This document shows positions 1-8,878 of a stretch of 34,477 nt of DNA, one piece after another. The notes below the pieces were generated by a model. The model saw only the letters and a list, made by a program, of their open reading frames with translations, made no database searches and was not told where the DNA came from. The number at the start of each line of letters is the position of its first letter. The stretch's first letter is position 1. The stretch comes from Oculatellaceae cyanobacterium bins.114. GTDB lineage: Bacteria; Cyanobacteriota; Cyanobacteriia; Elainellales; Elainellaceae. A program made the position numbers and the translations under genes. The DNA is taken from NCBI GenBank assembly GCA_033764315.1, contig JANRJA010000202.1, positions 1 to 34,477 of the forward strand, written 5' to 3'.

Positions 1-10
1 ACAACCTCCT

Positions 11-40
11 AATTTCACAAATGATTTAGGACTGCTATAT
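11..40. repeat. End of a small dispersed repeat (TGATTTAGGACT core)
   Basis: TGATTTAGGACT at 22-33 recurs exactly at 855-866. TTTAGGACTAC also occurs reverse-complemented at 30016-30026. Confidence 0.5.
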
Positions 41-287
41 TCACTGTGTTTGAGGAATTATGTTTGAGGACATCCATTGTTGCTTAGCTTAGCTGAACAG
101 GGCTTTTCCAAGAAAATCCATATACCACTGGCACATCTTGCCAGTGAATATCGTCAAACTACCCAGCAGGATCTCAAGCAATCCTGATAAATTCATATAG
201 TGACGGTGTTGTTATTAGTAACGGCTTTTGTTGTTCGCATCCCGCTCATTTCCCTTATTGAGACGCTCTAACTCAGGTATCAAGCCT

Positions 288-827
288 ATGTCTTTGAAGC
301 AATCACTAACCCCTCGTTTTTTATCGGCTTTAGCGATCGCAGGTCTTCTAACTCTTGGAATGCCGATCGCTAGCCTAGCGCAGGGCTTACCTGGACTCAC
401 CATTTTTAGCGGTGTTGATCGAGAAAACCTGTTGGGCTATCGCCTCGATTTTGATGGCAGACCCGGTAGCCGCGATCGCTACCGCTTGAGAATTCCTGCC
501 CGCAAAATGGATACAGCCGTTGCTCAATTTGCGATTACTTACCCTGAAACCTACGAGGGTGAGTTTGACGAAGATGACATCGAAATTCGGATTAGCGGCG
601 ATAGCGTCCCTTTAGATGAAGTGACCTGGGATCGTGAAAACCGAGTGGTTGAAATTTATCCTGTAACGCCCATTCCAGCTGATACACGAGTCGAGATTGT
701 GTTCTCCAATGTTCGCAACCCGACTAATGGGGGAACTCACTATTTCAACGCATTGGTGCAAACTCCTGGAGATGTGCCATTGCTGCGCTATATTGGCACC
801 TGGATTGTCAGCATTGGCGACCAATAA
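288..827 (+). CDS. DUF2808 domain-containing exported protein
   Basis: ORF 228..827, likely ATG at 288. Signal-peptide-like N-terminus (RFLSALAIAGLLTLGMPIASLA) and cyanobacterial DUF2808-type segments (V.NP..GG.HYF, RYIGTW). Usual position upstream of rpmH. Confidence 0.8.
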   Translation: MSLKQSLTPRFLSALAIAGLLTLGMPIASLAQGLPGLTIFSGVDRENLLGYRLDFDGRPGSRDRYRLRIPARKMDTAVAQFAITYPETYEGEFDEDDIEIRISGDSVPLDEVTWDRENRVVEIYPVTPIPADTRVEIVFSNVRNPTNGGTHYFNALVQTPGDVPLLRYIGTWIVSIGDQ

Positions 828-889
828 ATCATATTCACTCCCTCATCCCATCACTGATTTAGGACTACTGTCTATTTGAATTGTCTTAC

Positions 890-920
890 AAGGCTGAGGA
901 AGCACTCAGCCTTTTGTTGT
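890..920 (+). terminator. Rho-independent terminator after the DUF2808 gene
   Basis: AAGGCTGAG-gaagca-CTCAGCCTT perfect 9-bp stem followed by a T-rich tail. Confidence 0.75.
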
Positions 921-958
921 TCAGGACTACCAGACGAGTCTTTGACCGCCATTTTGTG

Positions 959-995
959 ACGTGAGATCGGGATAAGAACTTTGGCGGTTAAAACC
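959..995 (+). repeat. Dispersed repeat copy 1 (GGATAAG...TGGCGGTTAAAACC family)
   Basis: 31/37 identical by manual alignment to 14618-14654. The core TGGCGGTTAAAACC also occurs at 34461-34474. Confidence 0.75.
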
Positions 996-1047
996 TTGCT
1001 ATTGAGGCATTAAAACCGTTTACGTGTGGAGTCGTTGCCACAAAAAA

Positions 1048-1056
1048 TGTTATAGT
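1048..1056 (+). promoter_or_regulatory. Candidate extended -10 promoter (TGtTATAGT) for the rpmH operon
   Basis: TG-n-TATAGT about 70 nt upstream of the rpmH start. No clear -35 at canonical spacing. Confidence 0.45.
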
Positions 1057-1126
1057 TAATGACTGTGACTTTTTTTGGAAGTGTAATAACGGTTTTGCCG
1101 GATCATTCAACTGGAGATAAATCTCG

Positions 1127-1267
1127 ATGACTAAGCGCACCCTTGAAGGAACTCGCCGCAAACGGAGAAGAACATCTGGTTTTCGCGCCAGAATGCGAAC
1201 CTCAAATGGTCAAAATGTAATCAAGGCAAGACGGAGTAAAGGGCGGCATCGTCTGGCTGTTGTTTAA
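1127..1267 (+). CDS. rpmH: 50S ribosomal protein L34
   Basis: Below the ORF-track cutoff and translated by hand: [46 protein letters not shown] (46 aa). Has the GFRARM signature, GGAG RBS at 1113-1116, and lies directly upstream of rnpA. Confidence 0.98.
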   Translation: MTKRTLEGTRRKRRRTSGFRARMRTSNGQNVIKARRSKGRHRLAVV

Positions 1268-1319
1268 CGGCTTGTGTTTCTCGATCCTCCTTACCCTATG
1301 ACTTGGATGACGACTTAAT

Positions 1320-1733
1320 GTGGTGCCTAAAGCCAATCGGCTCAAACGACGGCAAGATTTTAACGCAGTCTATCAAATGGGCTTGCGACGTAATGCCGCT
1401 CACCTAACATTACGAGCGTTAAAACTGCCACCCCGCCAAGCTAGGGCTGAAAACCAAGAAGCAATTACCCCACAGGGTGAACGGCTTCCTGTTGCATCAC
1501 TGCCGACTTGTATTGGTATTTCAATTAGCCAAAAAGTAAGTAAGCGAGCGGTCATTCGCAATCGAATTAAGCGGCAGATCCGTGCGGCTCTATATCAGTT
1601 ATTGCCTGATCTTCATCCAGGTTGGTACTGTGTCATCGTGGTCAGACCTGGGGCGACCCAGTGCGATTATCAGCAATTTCTGCAAGAATTAAAACAGTTA
1701 TTAACAGACGCTGAGGTCATTGATGGGTATTAA
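1320..1733 (+). CDS. rnpA: Ribonuclease P protein component
   Basis: RLKRRQDF N-terminus, GISISQKVSKRAVIRNRIKRQIR (RNR motif), follows rpmH. Confidence 0.96.
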   Translation: MVPKANRLKRRQDFNAVYQMGLRRNAAHLTLRALKLPPRQARAENQEAITPQGERLPVASLPTCIGISISQKVSKRAVIRNRIKRQIRAALYQLLPDLHPGWYCVIVVRPGATQCDYQQFLQELKQLLTDAEVIDGY

Positions 1734-2109
1734 GGAAGAGGTCTATTTTGAAGGCCCGCCCCACGTCGGGGATTTGATTATTAATATATTGTTAGGGTTT
1801 ACAGTAATTTGCTTGCCTTTGACGGTTGGTGCGATCGCGAGAGCACTATGGCTGCGATATCGCATCACCGATCGCCGGATTTCGGTAACTGGCGGCTGGA
1901 TGGGGCGCGATCGCTCTGACATTATTTATTCTGAAGTCGTGAAGGTGGTTAAGGTTCCTCGCGGACTCGGCATTTGGGGTGATATGGTTGTAACGCTGAG
2001 AGATGGGAGTCGCCTCGAATTGAGAGCAATGCCTCGTTTTCGCGAAATTTACGACTATATCAATGAGCGGATCGCAGCTAAAGGTCGTAAGGTTAACGAG
2101 ACGGTTTAG
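1723..2109 (+). CDS. Bacterial PH-domain membrane protein (bPH_2-like)
   Basis: One hydrophobic hairpin then RYRITDRRI..GG, typical of the cyanobacterial gene between rnpA and yidC. Overlaps the rnpA end. Confidence 0.85.
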   Translation: MGIKEEVYFEGPPHVGDLIINILLGFTVICLPLTVGAIARALWLRYRITDRRISVTGGWMGRDRSDIIYSEVVKVVKVPRGLGIWGDMVVTLRDGSRLELRAMPRFREIYDYINERIAAKGRKVNETV

Positions 2110-2338
2110 GGATAAACCTTTAAGATTGAGAGTGGATTGTTACAGTTCACGGTCAGATTCAAGACGGTTGGATTCAAGGTAAAAGTTGGCGATCGCAATC
2201 TCCAAGACCTCAATCCCATAGCACGGTTACCTCTCCTGACAGTTTCCTCAGTCTTTACACTGTTGCCGCTTATAACTGTTGCCATATCAAGTAGATTAGA
2301 TTCAGCAAATTCAGAGCACGTTAGGTTGACATAAGAGC

Positions 2339-3493
2339 ATGGATTTTGGTGTTGGGTTTCTCTCCAATAATGTGATGCTGCCGATCCTGGATTTTTTCTA
2401 CGGGATCGTACCCAGCTATGGTCTAGCCATCGTGGCTCTGACATTGGTGATTCGATTTGCGCTGTATCCCTTGAGTGCTGGCTCAATTCGCAGCATGAGA
2501 CGAATGCGGGTTGCTCAGCCAGTGATGCAAAAGCGTGTCAAGGAGATTCAGGAGCGTTATAAGGAAGAACCTGCAAAGTTGCAGGAAGAGATGAGCAACG
2601 TTTACAAGGAGTTTGGCAACCCACTTTCGGGATGCTTTCCCTTGGTGCTCCAAATGCCAATTCTCTTTGCCTTATTTGCAACTCTGCGCGGGTCACCGTT
2701 CTCTGATATCAATTACTCAATCAATCTGCAAATTGTACCGCGTGAGCAGATTGAGCAAATTCAACCGCAAGCGTTCTCAACCAGTCCTCAAAATATTTAC
2801 ATCGCTGATGGGGTTCATGCTCCGATCGCGGCGTTGGTTCCCAGTGGCAATCGACTTGTTGTAGGTGACAAAACAACGATTGAGTTTCAAACCACAACGG
2901 GTAAGCCCTTTAAAGAGCTTGTTTCTGAATATCCTGATACTCAGCTCACGCCCAATTGGAAAGTTACTAAGGGTGAAGATCGAGTTCAGCTTGATGAAAA
3001 TGGCGTCATTGAGGCTTTACAGCCTGGTGAAGCAACTCTCCAGGGTACGATTCCAGGTCTAGCTGCCAATAAGGGTTTCCTTTTCATTACGGCGTTGGGT
3101 CGTGTTGGGGCGGTCAATTCAGATGGCAGTGTCAACTGGGATATTGTCGGCATGGTTATCTTCTTTGGGGTGAGCCTCTACGTTAACCAACTACTGTCGG
3201 GGCAAGGGTCGAAGCCGGGAGATGGCAATGCCAACTCTCAGCAAGAAATGGTTAACAAGTTTACGCCTATCCTCTTTTCAGGGATGTTCTTGTTCTTCCC
3301 GTTGCCTGCTGGGGTGTTGATGTACATGTTGATTGCAAACGTCTTCCAGACCTTCCAAACGTTCATTCTCTCGCGAGAGCCGCTTCCCGAAAATCTTCAA
3401 AAGATTATTGATGAGCAGCAAGATAAAACCGTCAAGGACGATGAACGACCGGCACTTCCTTTTGAACCAGGACGTTCTAAGAAGAAAGCCTAA
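2339..3493 (+). CDS. yidC: Membrane protein insertase YidC/Alb3
   Basis: [39 protein letters not shown] and LPAGVLMY motifs; conserved synteny. Confidence 0.97.
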   Translation: MDFGVGFLSNNVMLPILDFFYGIVPSYGLAIVALTLVIRFALYPLSAGSIRSMRRMRVAQPVMQKRVKEIQERYKEEPAKLQEEMSNVYKEFGNPLSGCFPLVLQMPILFALFATLRGSPFSDINYSINLQIVPREQIEQIQPQAFSTSPQNIYIADGVHAPIAALVPSGNRLVVGDKTTIEFQTTTGKPFKELVSEYPDTQLTPNWKVTKGEDRVQLDENGVIEALQPGEATLQGTIPGLAANKGFLFITALGRVGAVNSDGSVNWDIVGMVIFFGVSLYVNQLLSGQGSKPGDGNANSQQEMVNKFTPILFSGMFLFFPLPAGVLMYMLIANVFQTFQTFILSREPLPENLQKIIDEQQDKTVKDDERPALPFEPGRSKKKA

Positions 3494-3495
3494 TC

Positions 3496-3990
3496 ATGGA
3501 TGACATCAAATTGCAGCAGGGTAAACAGTGGTTAGAGCAGCTCTTAGGGCTTGCGACGTTGCCTGTTCTTGTGACCGCTGACCTGACAGGAACTCAGACC
3601 TTAGACGAAAGTTATTGGTTAACAATTGACCATACGGCTTTGACAGCCGAACAAATTGAAATTTTGACCGGGACTGATGGAGCAGTCATCGACTCAATTC
3701 AATACTTGGTGAATACCATTTTGAATCTGGGTCAAGCTGAAGATCAACGTCGAGCCTATACGGTTGAGTTGAATGAGTACCGGGTTCGCCGTCAAACTGA
3801 GTTACAGCAGATGGCAGAACAAGCTGTCAACCATGTCAGAGAGACGGGCGAGGAGTACGAAATGAAGGATCTATCGTCAGCAGAGAGACGGCAGGTTCAT
3901 ACTTTTCTCAAGTCATTTGAGGATGTTGAAACCTATAGTCGTGGGCAAGAACCTGATCGCCGTCTTGTTGTTAGGCGATTGCAATCTTAA
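3496..3990 (+). CDS. jag: Jag/KhpB-like RNA-binding protein (KH + R3H, short form)
   Basis: G..G...DSIQYL KH segment, ERRQVH R3H motif, SRGQEPDRRLVV; directly after yidC. Confidence 0.9.
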   Translation: MDDIKLQQGKQWLEQLLGLATLPVLVTADLTGTQTLDESYWLTIDHTALTAEQIEILTGTDGAVIDSIQYLVNTILNLGQAEDQRRAYTVELNEYRVRRQTELQQMAEQAVNHVRETGEEYEMKDLSSAERRQVHTFLKSFEDVETYSRGQEPDRRLVVRRLQS

Positions 3991-4018
3991 ATTCTGATTG
4001 AGATCATTCTGATTCATC

Positions 4019-4051
4019 ACTCCCTATGCGTTTGTATGGGGAGTTTTGTTT
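4019..4051 (+). terminator. Rho-independent terminator after jag
   Basis: ACTCCCTATGC-gttt-GTATGGGGAGT 11-bp stem (2 G:U) followed by TTTGTTT. Confidence 0.7.
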
Positions 4052-4198
4052 AGATTTAAAATATCTCTCTAGTTAATGCTCGCAATGAACTAATGCTCGT
4101 GTTTCCAATTAGACTGAGGGGAGTGGGTGGCGATCGCCATTTACCCTACTCCTACATTTAAGAAACTTTCTCAGCGAGTTGAGAAGGAGGGCTGATTC

Positions 4199-4708
4199 AT
4201 GGATGCAATTTATATTCCTCACCTACTCAGGGCGTCTGAGCAAACCGAAACCCTTGAGATTCACGATTATCTGTCTGGATTAGAGACCTTGATGCCTGTG
4301 CAGGGTGTGGTGCGGGTCACTCACCAAGGCAACTACCTAGAAGTGGCCGCTCAAGCTGAAACCATTGTTACTTTGATGTGCGATCGCTGTTTGAAGCAAT
4401 ACAACCACCGCCTCTCGATCGATACGTCTGAGTTGATTTGGCTAGAAGAAGCTGCCGAGGATGCTGACAATCTCCCGTTGGAAAGAGAAATCACGCTAGA
4501 AGAGCTAGTCGAAACGCTCCCTCCACAAGGACACTTTCATCCTGATGAGTGGTTATATGAGCAGCTTTGTTTGGAGATTCCCCAGCGAAAGCTCTGTGAC
4601 TTGAAATGTTCTGGGATCTCTCTCAACGACTCACTTCCTGCATCACCCCCTGCCAATGGCGATCGCCGTTGGGCGTCTCTTGAAGCTTTAAAGCGGCAGT
4701 TGTCATGA
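4199..4708 (+). CDS. YceD/DUF177 family protein
   Basis: CDRCL and LC...C.G cysteine motifs and C-terminal D.RWASL..LK. Confidence 0.9.
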   Translation: MDAIYIPHLLRASEQTETLEIHDYLSGLETLMPVQGVVRVTHQGNYLEVAAQAETIVTLMCDRCLKQYNHRLSIDTSELIWLEEAAEDADNLPLEREITLEELVETLPPQGHFHPDEWLYEQLCLEIPQRKLCDLKCSGISLNDSLPASPPANGDRRWASLEALKRQLS

Positions 4709-6222
4709 GTTTTAGCAACGAGTTTGAATTATTGCTGCGTGCTCGTTACTCACTGATTTACGTGCCAACGCGTGAGGAAGAGCGGGTTGAAGGGGCGATT
4801 GCTGAGTGTGCTAAGCGACAGGGCAATCGCGGTGTCTACATCTGGGATTTTGTCGATGGCTATCAGGGCAACCCTAATGATGAAGGCTTTGGGCGGCGTA
4901 ATCCCCTGCAAGCACTCGAACTCATTGAAAAACTTCCTGCAACAGTTCCGGCTGTCTTTATTTTGCGAGACTTTCATCGGTTTCTAGATGATGTGGCGAT
5001 CGCTCGCAAACTGCGAAACTTGGGGAGGGTGCTCAAGTCTCAGCCCAAGAATATTGTGCTGCTATCGCCTCAGTTAACGATTCCAGATGACCTGGCAGAA
5101 GTGCTCACTGTGATTGAGTTTCCCCTGCCAGACCCACATGAGATTCAAGTAGAGCTAGAAAAACTGTTGGTCGCAACTGGGCGATCGCTAGAGGCGAGAG
5201 TTTTAGACGAGTTTGTGCGGTCGTGTCAGGGACTATCGATGGAACGGATTCGACGGGTATTAGCCCGAGCGATCGCCACCCACGGTGAGCTACGTCCTGA
5301 AGATGTTGACCTGATATTAGAAGAGAAACGCCAAACGATTCGACAGACCCAAATTCTAGATTTTTACCCCACAACTGCCAATATCTCTGATATCGGCGGC
5401 TTAGATAACCTTAAAGATTGGTTGATTCGTCGAGGCGGAGCCTTTTCAGAGCGGGCACGACAATATGGGCTGCCCTATCCTAGAGGGTTGTTGTTGGTGG
5501 GTATTCAAGGAACAGGCAAATCGTTGACCGCTAAGGCGATCGCCCACCACTGGCATTTGCCGTTGTTGCGTCTCGATGTCGGACGATTATTTGCGGGGTT
5601 GGTGGGTGAATCAGAGTCCCGAACTCGACAAATGATTCAGTTAGCAGAGGCACTTGCCCCTTGCATCTTGTGGATTGATGAAATTGATAAAGCCTTTGCA
5701 GGTCTAGATGGCAGGGGAGACTCTGGAACGACCAGTCGTGTTTTTGGCACATTTATCACCTGGCTAGCTGAAAAAACCTCTCCGGTGTTTGTGGTTGCCA
5801 CGGCTAACAATATTCAAGCTCTACCTCCAGAAATGTTGCGGCGTGGGCGGTTTGACGAAATTTTCTTTGTCGGCTTACCCACTCAAGAAGAGCGCAAAGC
5901 CATTTTTGCCGTTCATTTAACCCGACTACGCCCTCACAATCTCAAGAGTTACGATCTAGATCGCTTGGCGTATGAAACCCCTGATTTTTCTGGAGCTGAA
6001 ATTGAACAAATGCTGGTTGAGGCAATGCACATTGGTTTCAGCCAAAACCGAGATTTCACGACTGAAGATGTGTTAGAGGCTGCCAGTCAAATTATTCCTC
6101 TAGCGCGAACGGCTCAAGAGCAGATTCAGGCATTACAAGATTGGGCAGCGTCTGGCAAAGCTCGGTTAGCATCACGGCAGGGAAATTTAAGTAACCGAAT
6201 TCAGCAACAGTCATTACAATAA
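4705..6222 (+). CDS. ycf46: Ycf46-family AAA+ ATPase
   Basis: Walker A GIQGTGKS, Walker B ILWIDEIDK, RRGRFDEIFFV arginine-finger region, N-terminal LRARY..T.EEER. ATGA overlap with yceD. Confidence 0.92.
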   Translation: MSFSNEFELLLRARYSLIYVPTREEERVEGAIAECAKRQGNRGVYIWDFVDGYQGNPNDEGFGRRNPLQALELIEKLPATVPAVFILRDFHRFLDDVAIARKLRNLGRVLKSQPKNIVLLSPQLTIPDDLAEVLTVIEFPLPDPHEIQVELEKLLVATGRSLEARVLDEFVRSCQGLSMERIRRVLARAIATHGELRPEDVDLILEEKRQTIRQTQILDFYPTTANISDIGGLDNLKDWLIRRGGAFSERARQYGLPYPRGLLLVGIQGTGKSLTAKAIAHHWHLPLLRLDVGRLFAGLVGESESRTRQMIQLAEALAPCILWIDEIDKAFAGLDGRGDSGTTSRVFGTFITWLAEKTSPVFVVATANNIQALPPEMLRRGRFDEIFFVGLPTQEERKAIFAVHLTRLRPHNLKSYDLDRLAYETPDFSGAEIEQMLVEAMHIGFSQNRDFTTEDVLEAASQIIPLARTAQEQIQALQDWAASGKARLASRQGNLSNRIQQQSLQ

Positions 6223-6354
6223 TTCCTGTAGCCGCTGGATTACGGGTATGATTTTGGACGACTGTTCCTGTCATACACTGGGTGTTAGTCGATAAAATTC
6301 TGACGTGAGTTGATTCACGTTGCGTTAATAAAACCTATTCATGTAGGAGATCTC

Positions 6355-6822
6355 ATGAGTTGGTCTGGGTTAATTAAGTTTTTTACCGGGTTCACGTTAG
6401 CGATCGCCCTGTTGTTTTTTGCAGGGGTCAATATGACTCGGCATCTGATTACTCGATTGACGGCTCCTCCCCCAAGACCTGTTTTTCCAAATGACACCCC
6501 GACCGCCACTGCTGCTGCGGCATCTGCCCCTCAATCGCAACCATCAAGCCCTACGCCCAATCCAAGTGCATCTCCAACAGTAGAGCGATCGCCCTCTCCT
6601 AATGCATCCAGTGGTTACGAAGCAAGAGTAACTGAACCCATCGGTTTAATCGTACGCCAAGAACCCAATCGGGATGCTGAGCGACTAGGGGGAGTCGAAT
6701 ATGATGAATTAGTGACTGTCTTAGAAACCGCCCCTGATGGAGAGTGGCAACGAGTTCGTTTACCAGACAGCGGAGTTGAAGGTTGGGTCAAGGCAGGCAA
6801 TGTTGAACAAGTCAGCGAATAA
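6355..6822 (+). CDS. Membrane-anchored bacterial SH3-domain protein
   Basis: AGGAG RBS then ATG at 6355. N-terminal TM helix, Pro/Ser-rich linker, C-terminal GLIVR..P...W..V....GWV SH3b pattern. Confidence 0.85.
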   Translation: MSWSGLIKFFTGFTLAIALLFFAGVNMTRHLITRLTAPPPRPVFPNDTPTATAAAASAPQSQPSSPTPNPSASPTVERSPSPNASSGYEARVTEPIGLIVRQEPNRDAERLGGVEYDELVTVLETAPDGEWQRVRLPDSGVEGWVKAGNVEQVSE

Positions 6823-6914
6823 AATTGTTTTCTCTGATTCCGTAGAAATGACATAAAATGTCGCCTAAAGAACCAAACCAACTCAGCTTTACTGAAGATA
6901 GCTGTGACAACATC

Positions 6915-7982
6915 ATGCATGCTCTTTCCACTCGATTTCTAAACGCCTTTATCTCTTTAATCGTGAGCATCCCAACCGTGGGAGCCAGTACCCTCGTCTT
7001 GGCACAACAGATGCCATCAGCAACCCGCCCTAATGAACCCCTATTGATGAGCCAAGCCATTGAGACAGGGGTCTTGCAACTACAAGATAGCGGCAGCTCA
7101 GTTGAGCAACTGCAGTCTCAGCTTGCAACCTTGGGCTATTATGACGGTCCAATTACAGGCTTTTTTGGCCCATTGACCGAAGATGCTGTCATCCGCTTTC
7201 AACAGGCGAGCGGTCTAACTCCTGATGGCATCGTGGGTCCTGCAACTCAAACCGCATTACAGCGATCGCGCAACCCTCAGAGCCAATCCTTTAATCCATC
7301 TACCCCCTCTGTTGTAGACGATGGATTGTTGCAATTAGATGATCAAGGAGATGCCGTAACAGCTCTGCAAACTCGGTTACAAGAGCTAGGTTATTACAAC
7401 GGTCCGATTACAGGCTTTTTTGGCTCGCTAACCGAAGATGCAGTAATTCGGTTTCAGCAAGATAACGGGTTGACTCCAGATGGTATTGTGGGTCCCGCAA
7501 CTCAATCTACGTTAAGCCGTCGGGTTGCACCGACTCCCCAAGCTACTCTAACAAATCCCTCTCCTATCAGAGTGACTCCTCTAACTACGACTAGTGATGG
7601 ATTGTTGCAGCGGGGAGATTCTGGCACTGCGGTAGCTAGCTTGCAAACTCGTCTCAGAGAGTTAGGCTTCTATAGCGGTGTCAGTAGTGGAGAGTTTGAC
7701 GCCTCAACTGAAGAGGCTGTCAGGGCATTTCAGCGATCGCGGGGATTGACAGCCGACGGTGTTGTGGGTGCTCAAACGGCCTCATCCTTAAACTTAGCCA
7801 ATATTGCAGATCCTGAGGGAGGGCGATACAGCGTCCTAGCATTACAGCGACGCCTACGTGACTTGAGATTATATTCTGGTCCTTTAGATGGGCGGCTAGG
7901 ACCCGAAACTCGCACGGCCATTCAAGCCGCTCAATCTCGCTTTAACTTGAGTGAGCGCGATATTGTGAATGGACAGCTTTAA
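6915..7982 (+). CDS. Peptidoglycan-binding domain protein (3 clear and 1 degenerate PG_binding_1 repeats), Alr1690-like
   Basis: Repeated LQ..L..LGYY.GPITGFFG.LTEDAVIRFQQ..GLTPDGIVGPAT units. Start is uncertain (6858 or 6915). Confidence 0.9.
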   Translation: MHALSTRFLNAFISLIVSIPTVGASTLVLAQQMPSATRPNEPLLMSQAIETGVLQLQDSGSSVEQLQSQLATLGYYDGPITGFFGPLTEDAVIRFQQASGLTPDGIVGPATQTALQRSRNPQSQSFNPSTPSVVDDGLLQLDDQGDAVTALQTRLQELGYYNGPITGFFGSLTEDAVIRFQQDNGLTPDGIVGPATQSTLSRRVAPTPQATLTNPSPIRVTPLTTTSDGLLQRGDSGTAVASLQTRLRELGFYSGVSSGEFDASTEEAVRAFQRSRGLTADGVVGAQTASSLNLANIADPEGGRYSVLALQRRLRDLRLYSGPLDGRLGPETRTAIQAAQSRFNLSERDIVNGQL

Positions 7983-8434
7983 ATAGGCAACAGTGCTCTT
8001 TGGCAGGTCGGACAAACCGCATGAATAATAAGCTGGCAATCTAACAAGTGATAGCCCTCTTTTTGAGCCGTCTTTGTCCCAGTCTTCAAAATAGAATCGT
8101 TCTTAAATTCAATAGTTTTATTGCATCGCACACAGATCAAGTGGTGGTGATGGTAGGGAGAAGGCTGGTTAATTTCGTAATGTTTGTGACCTTCTGCCAA
8201 CTCTAGCTCGCGCAAGATCCCCATGCGAGCCATTAATTTAAGAGTCCGATAAATCGTTGATAGGCTAATATTTTGACCTTCACTGTGCAAAAGGGTATGC
8301 AGGTCTTCAGCACTCAAGTGGTTCCCTTTAGGAAGATTCTGAAAGATTTGCAGAATAACTTCCCGTTGTGGTGTTAATCTCCACCCTCGTTCATTTAATT
8401 CAGCTTTGAGCGAGGATGCGGTATAGGCTGTCAT
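7979..8434 (-). CDS. furA: Ferric uptake regulator FurA
   Basis: LKAELNERGWRLTPQRE, HLSAEDL, STIYRTL, HHHHLICVRC and CPTC motifs. Likely ATG at 8434. sigC-furA synteny. Confidence 0.95.
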   Translation of the reverse strand: MTAYTASSLKAELNERGWRLTPQREVILQIFQNLPKGNHLSAEDLHTLLHSEGQNISLSTIYRTLKLMARMGILRELELAEGHKHYEINQPSPYHHHHLICVRCNKTIEFKNDSILKTGTKTAQKEGYHLLDCQLIIHAVCPTCQRALLPI

Positions 8435-8441
8435 AGTGCTC

Positions 8442-8479
8442 TTCTCAATAAGAGGCCTTAATTGAGAATGATACACAAT
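8442..8479. promoter_or_regulatory. Candidate Fur box(es) upstream of furA
   Basis: ATTGAGAAT-G-ATACACAAT (8461-8479) is an imperfect 9-1-9 palindrome. Extra half-sites are TTCTCAAT (8442-8449) and TTGAGAAT (8510-8517). Confidence 0.6.
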
Positions 8480-8878
8480 TCACAACTGATTTTCAAGAAA
8501 CTCTGCTTGTTGAGAATAAAAGTTAGTAAACCAACTGATGGGACGCTTCAACTGGTAAGCCACTATAGCCTTAAGCCATTCGGTTAGGACAGGGAGTGTC
8601 TCAGAACCAAGAGCATCCCCTTAGATCAACTGTTTTGACAGTTGCTATAGCCGTAGCCACATTCAATGGGGCGGAGGCGAGTCAGAAAGCTTTCCTAGCA
8701 TCAGGATTTGAGCCATTGCCTTTGTCTTAAGCTTTCTGACCAAAGCTATATAGAGCACTACCCTTTCATGAATCCCAACAAATAGCGGCAGACAGTCTTT
8801 CATGGAACTGTCTACCGCTGTTTTAGTAGAGGGAGCCTGCCTATATGTTTCGTTACAGATTAAGCCAGATGTCACAGA

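Noticed and set aside
4..11. Perfect AGGAGG Shine-Dalgarno on the minus strand, hinting at a gene just left of the window
   Set aside because: The start codon lies outside the window and the site abuts a repeat end, so it cannot be verified.
2106..2486. 126-aa minus-strand ORF
   Set aside because: Overlaps yidC in antisense, with no motif or RBS support.
8663..8875. 70-aa ORF between sigC and furA
   Set aside because: Non-ATG start, no recognisable family or RBS. The region more likely holds furA promoters.
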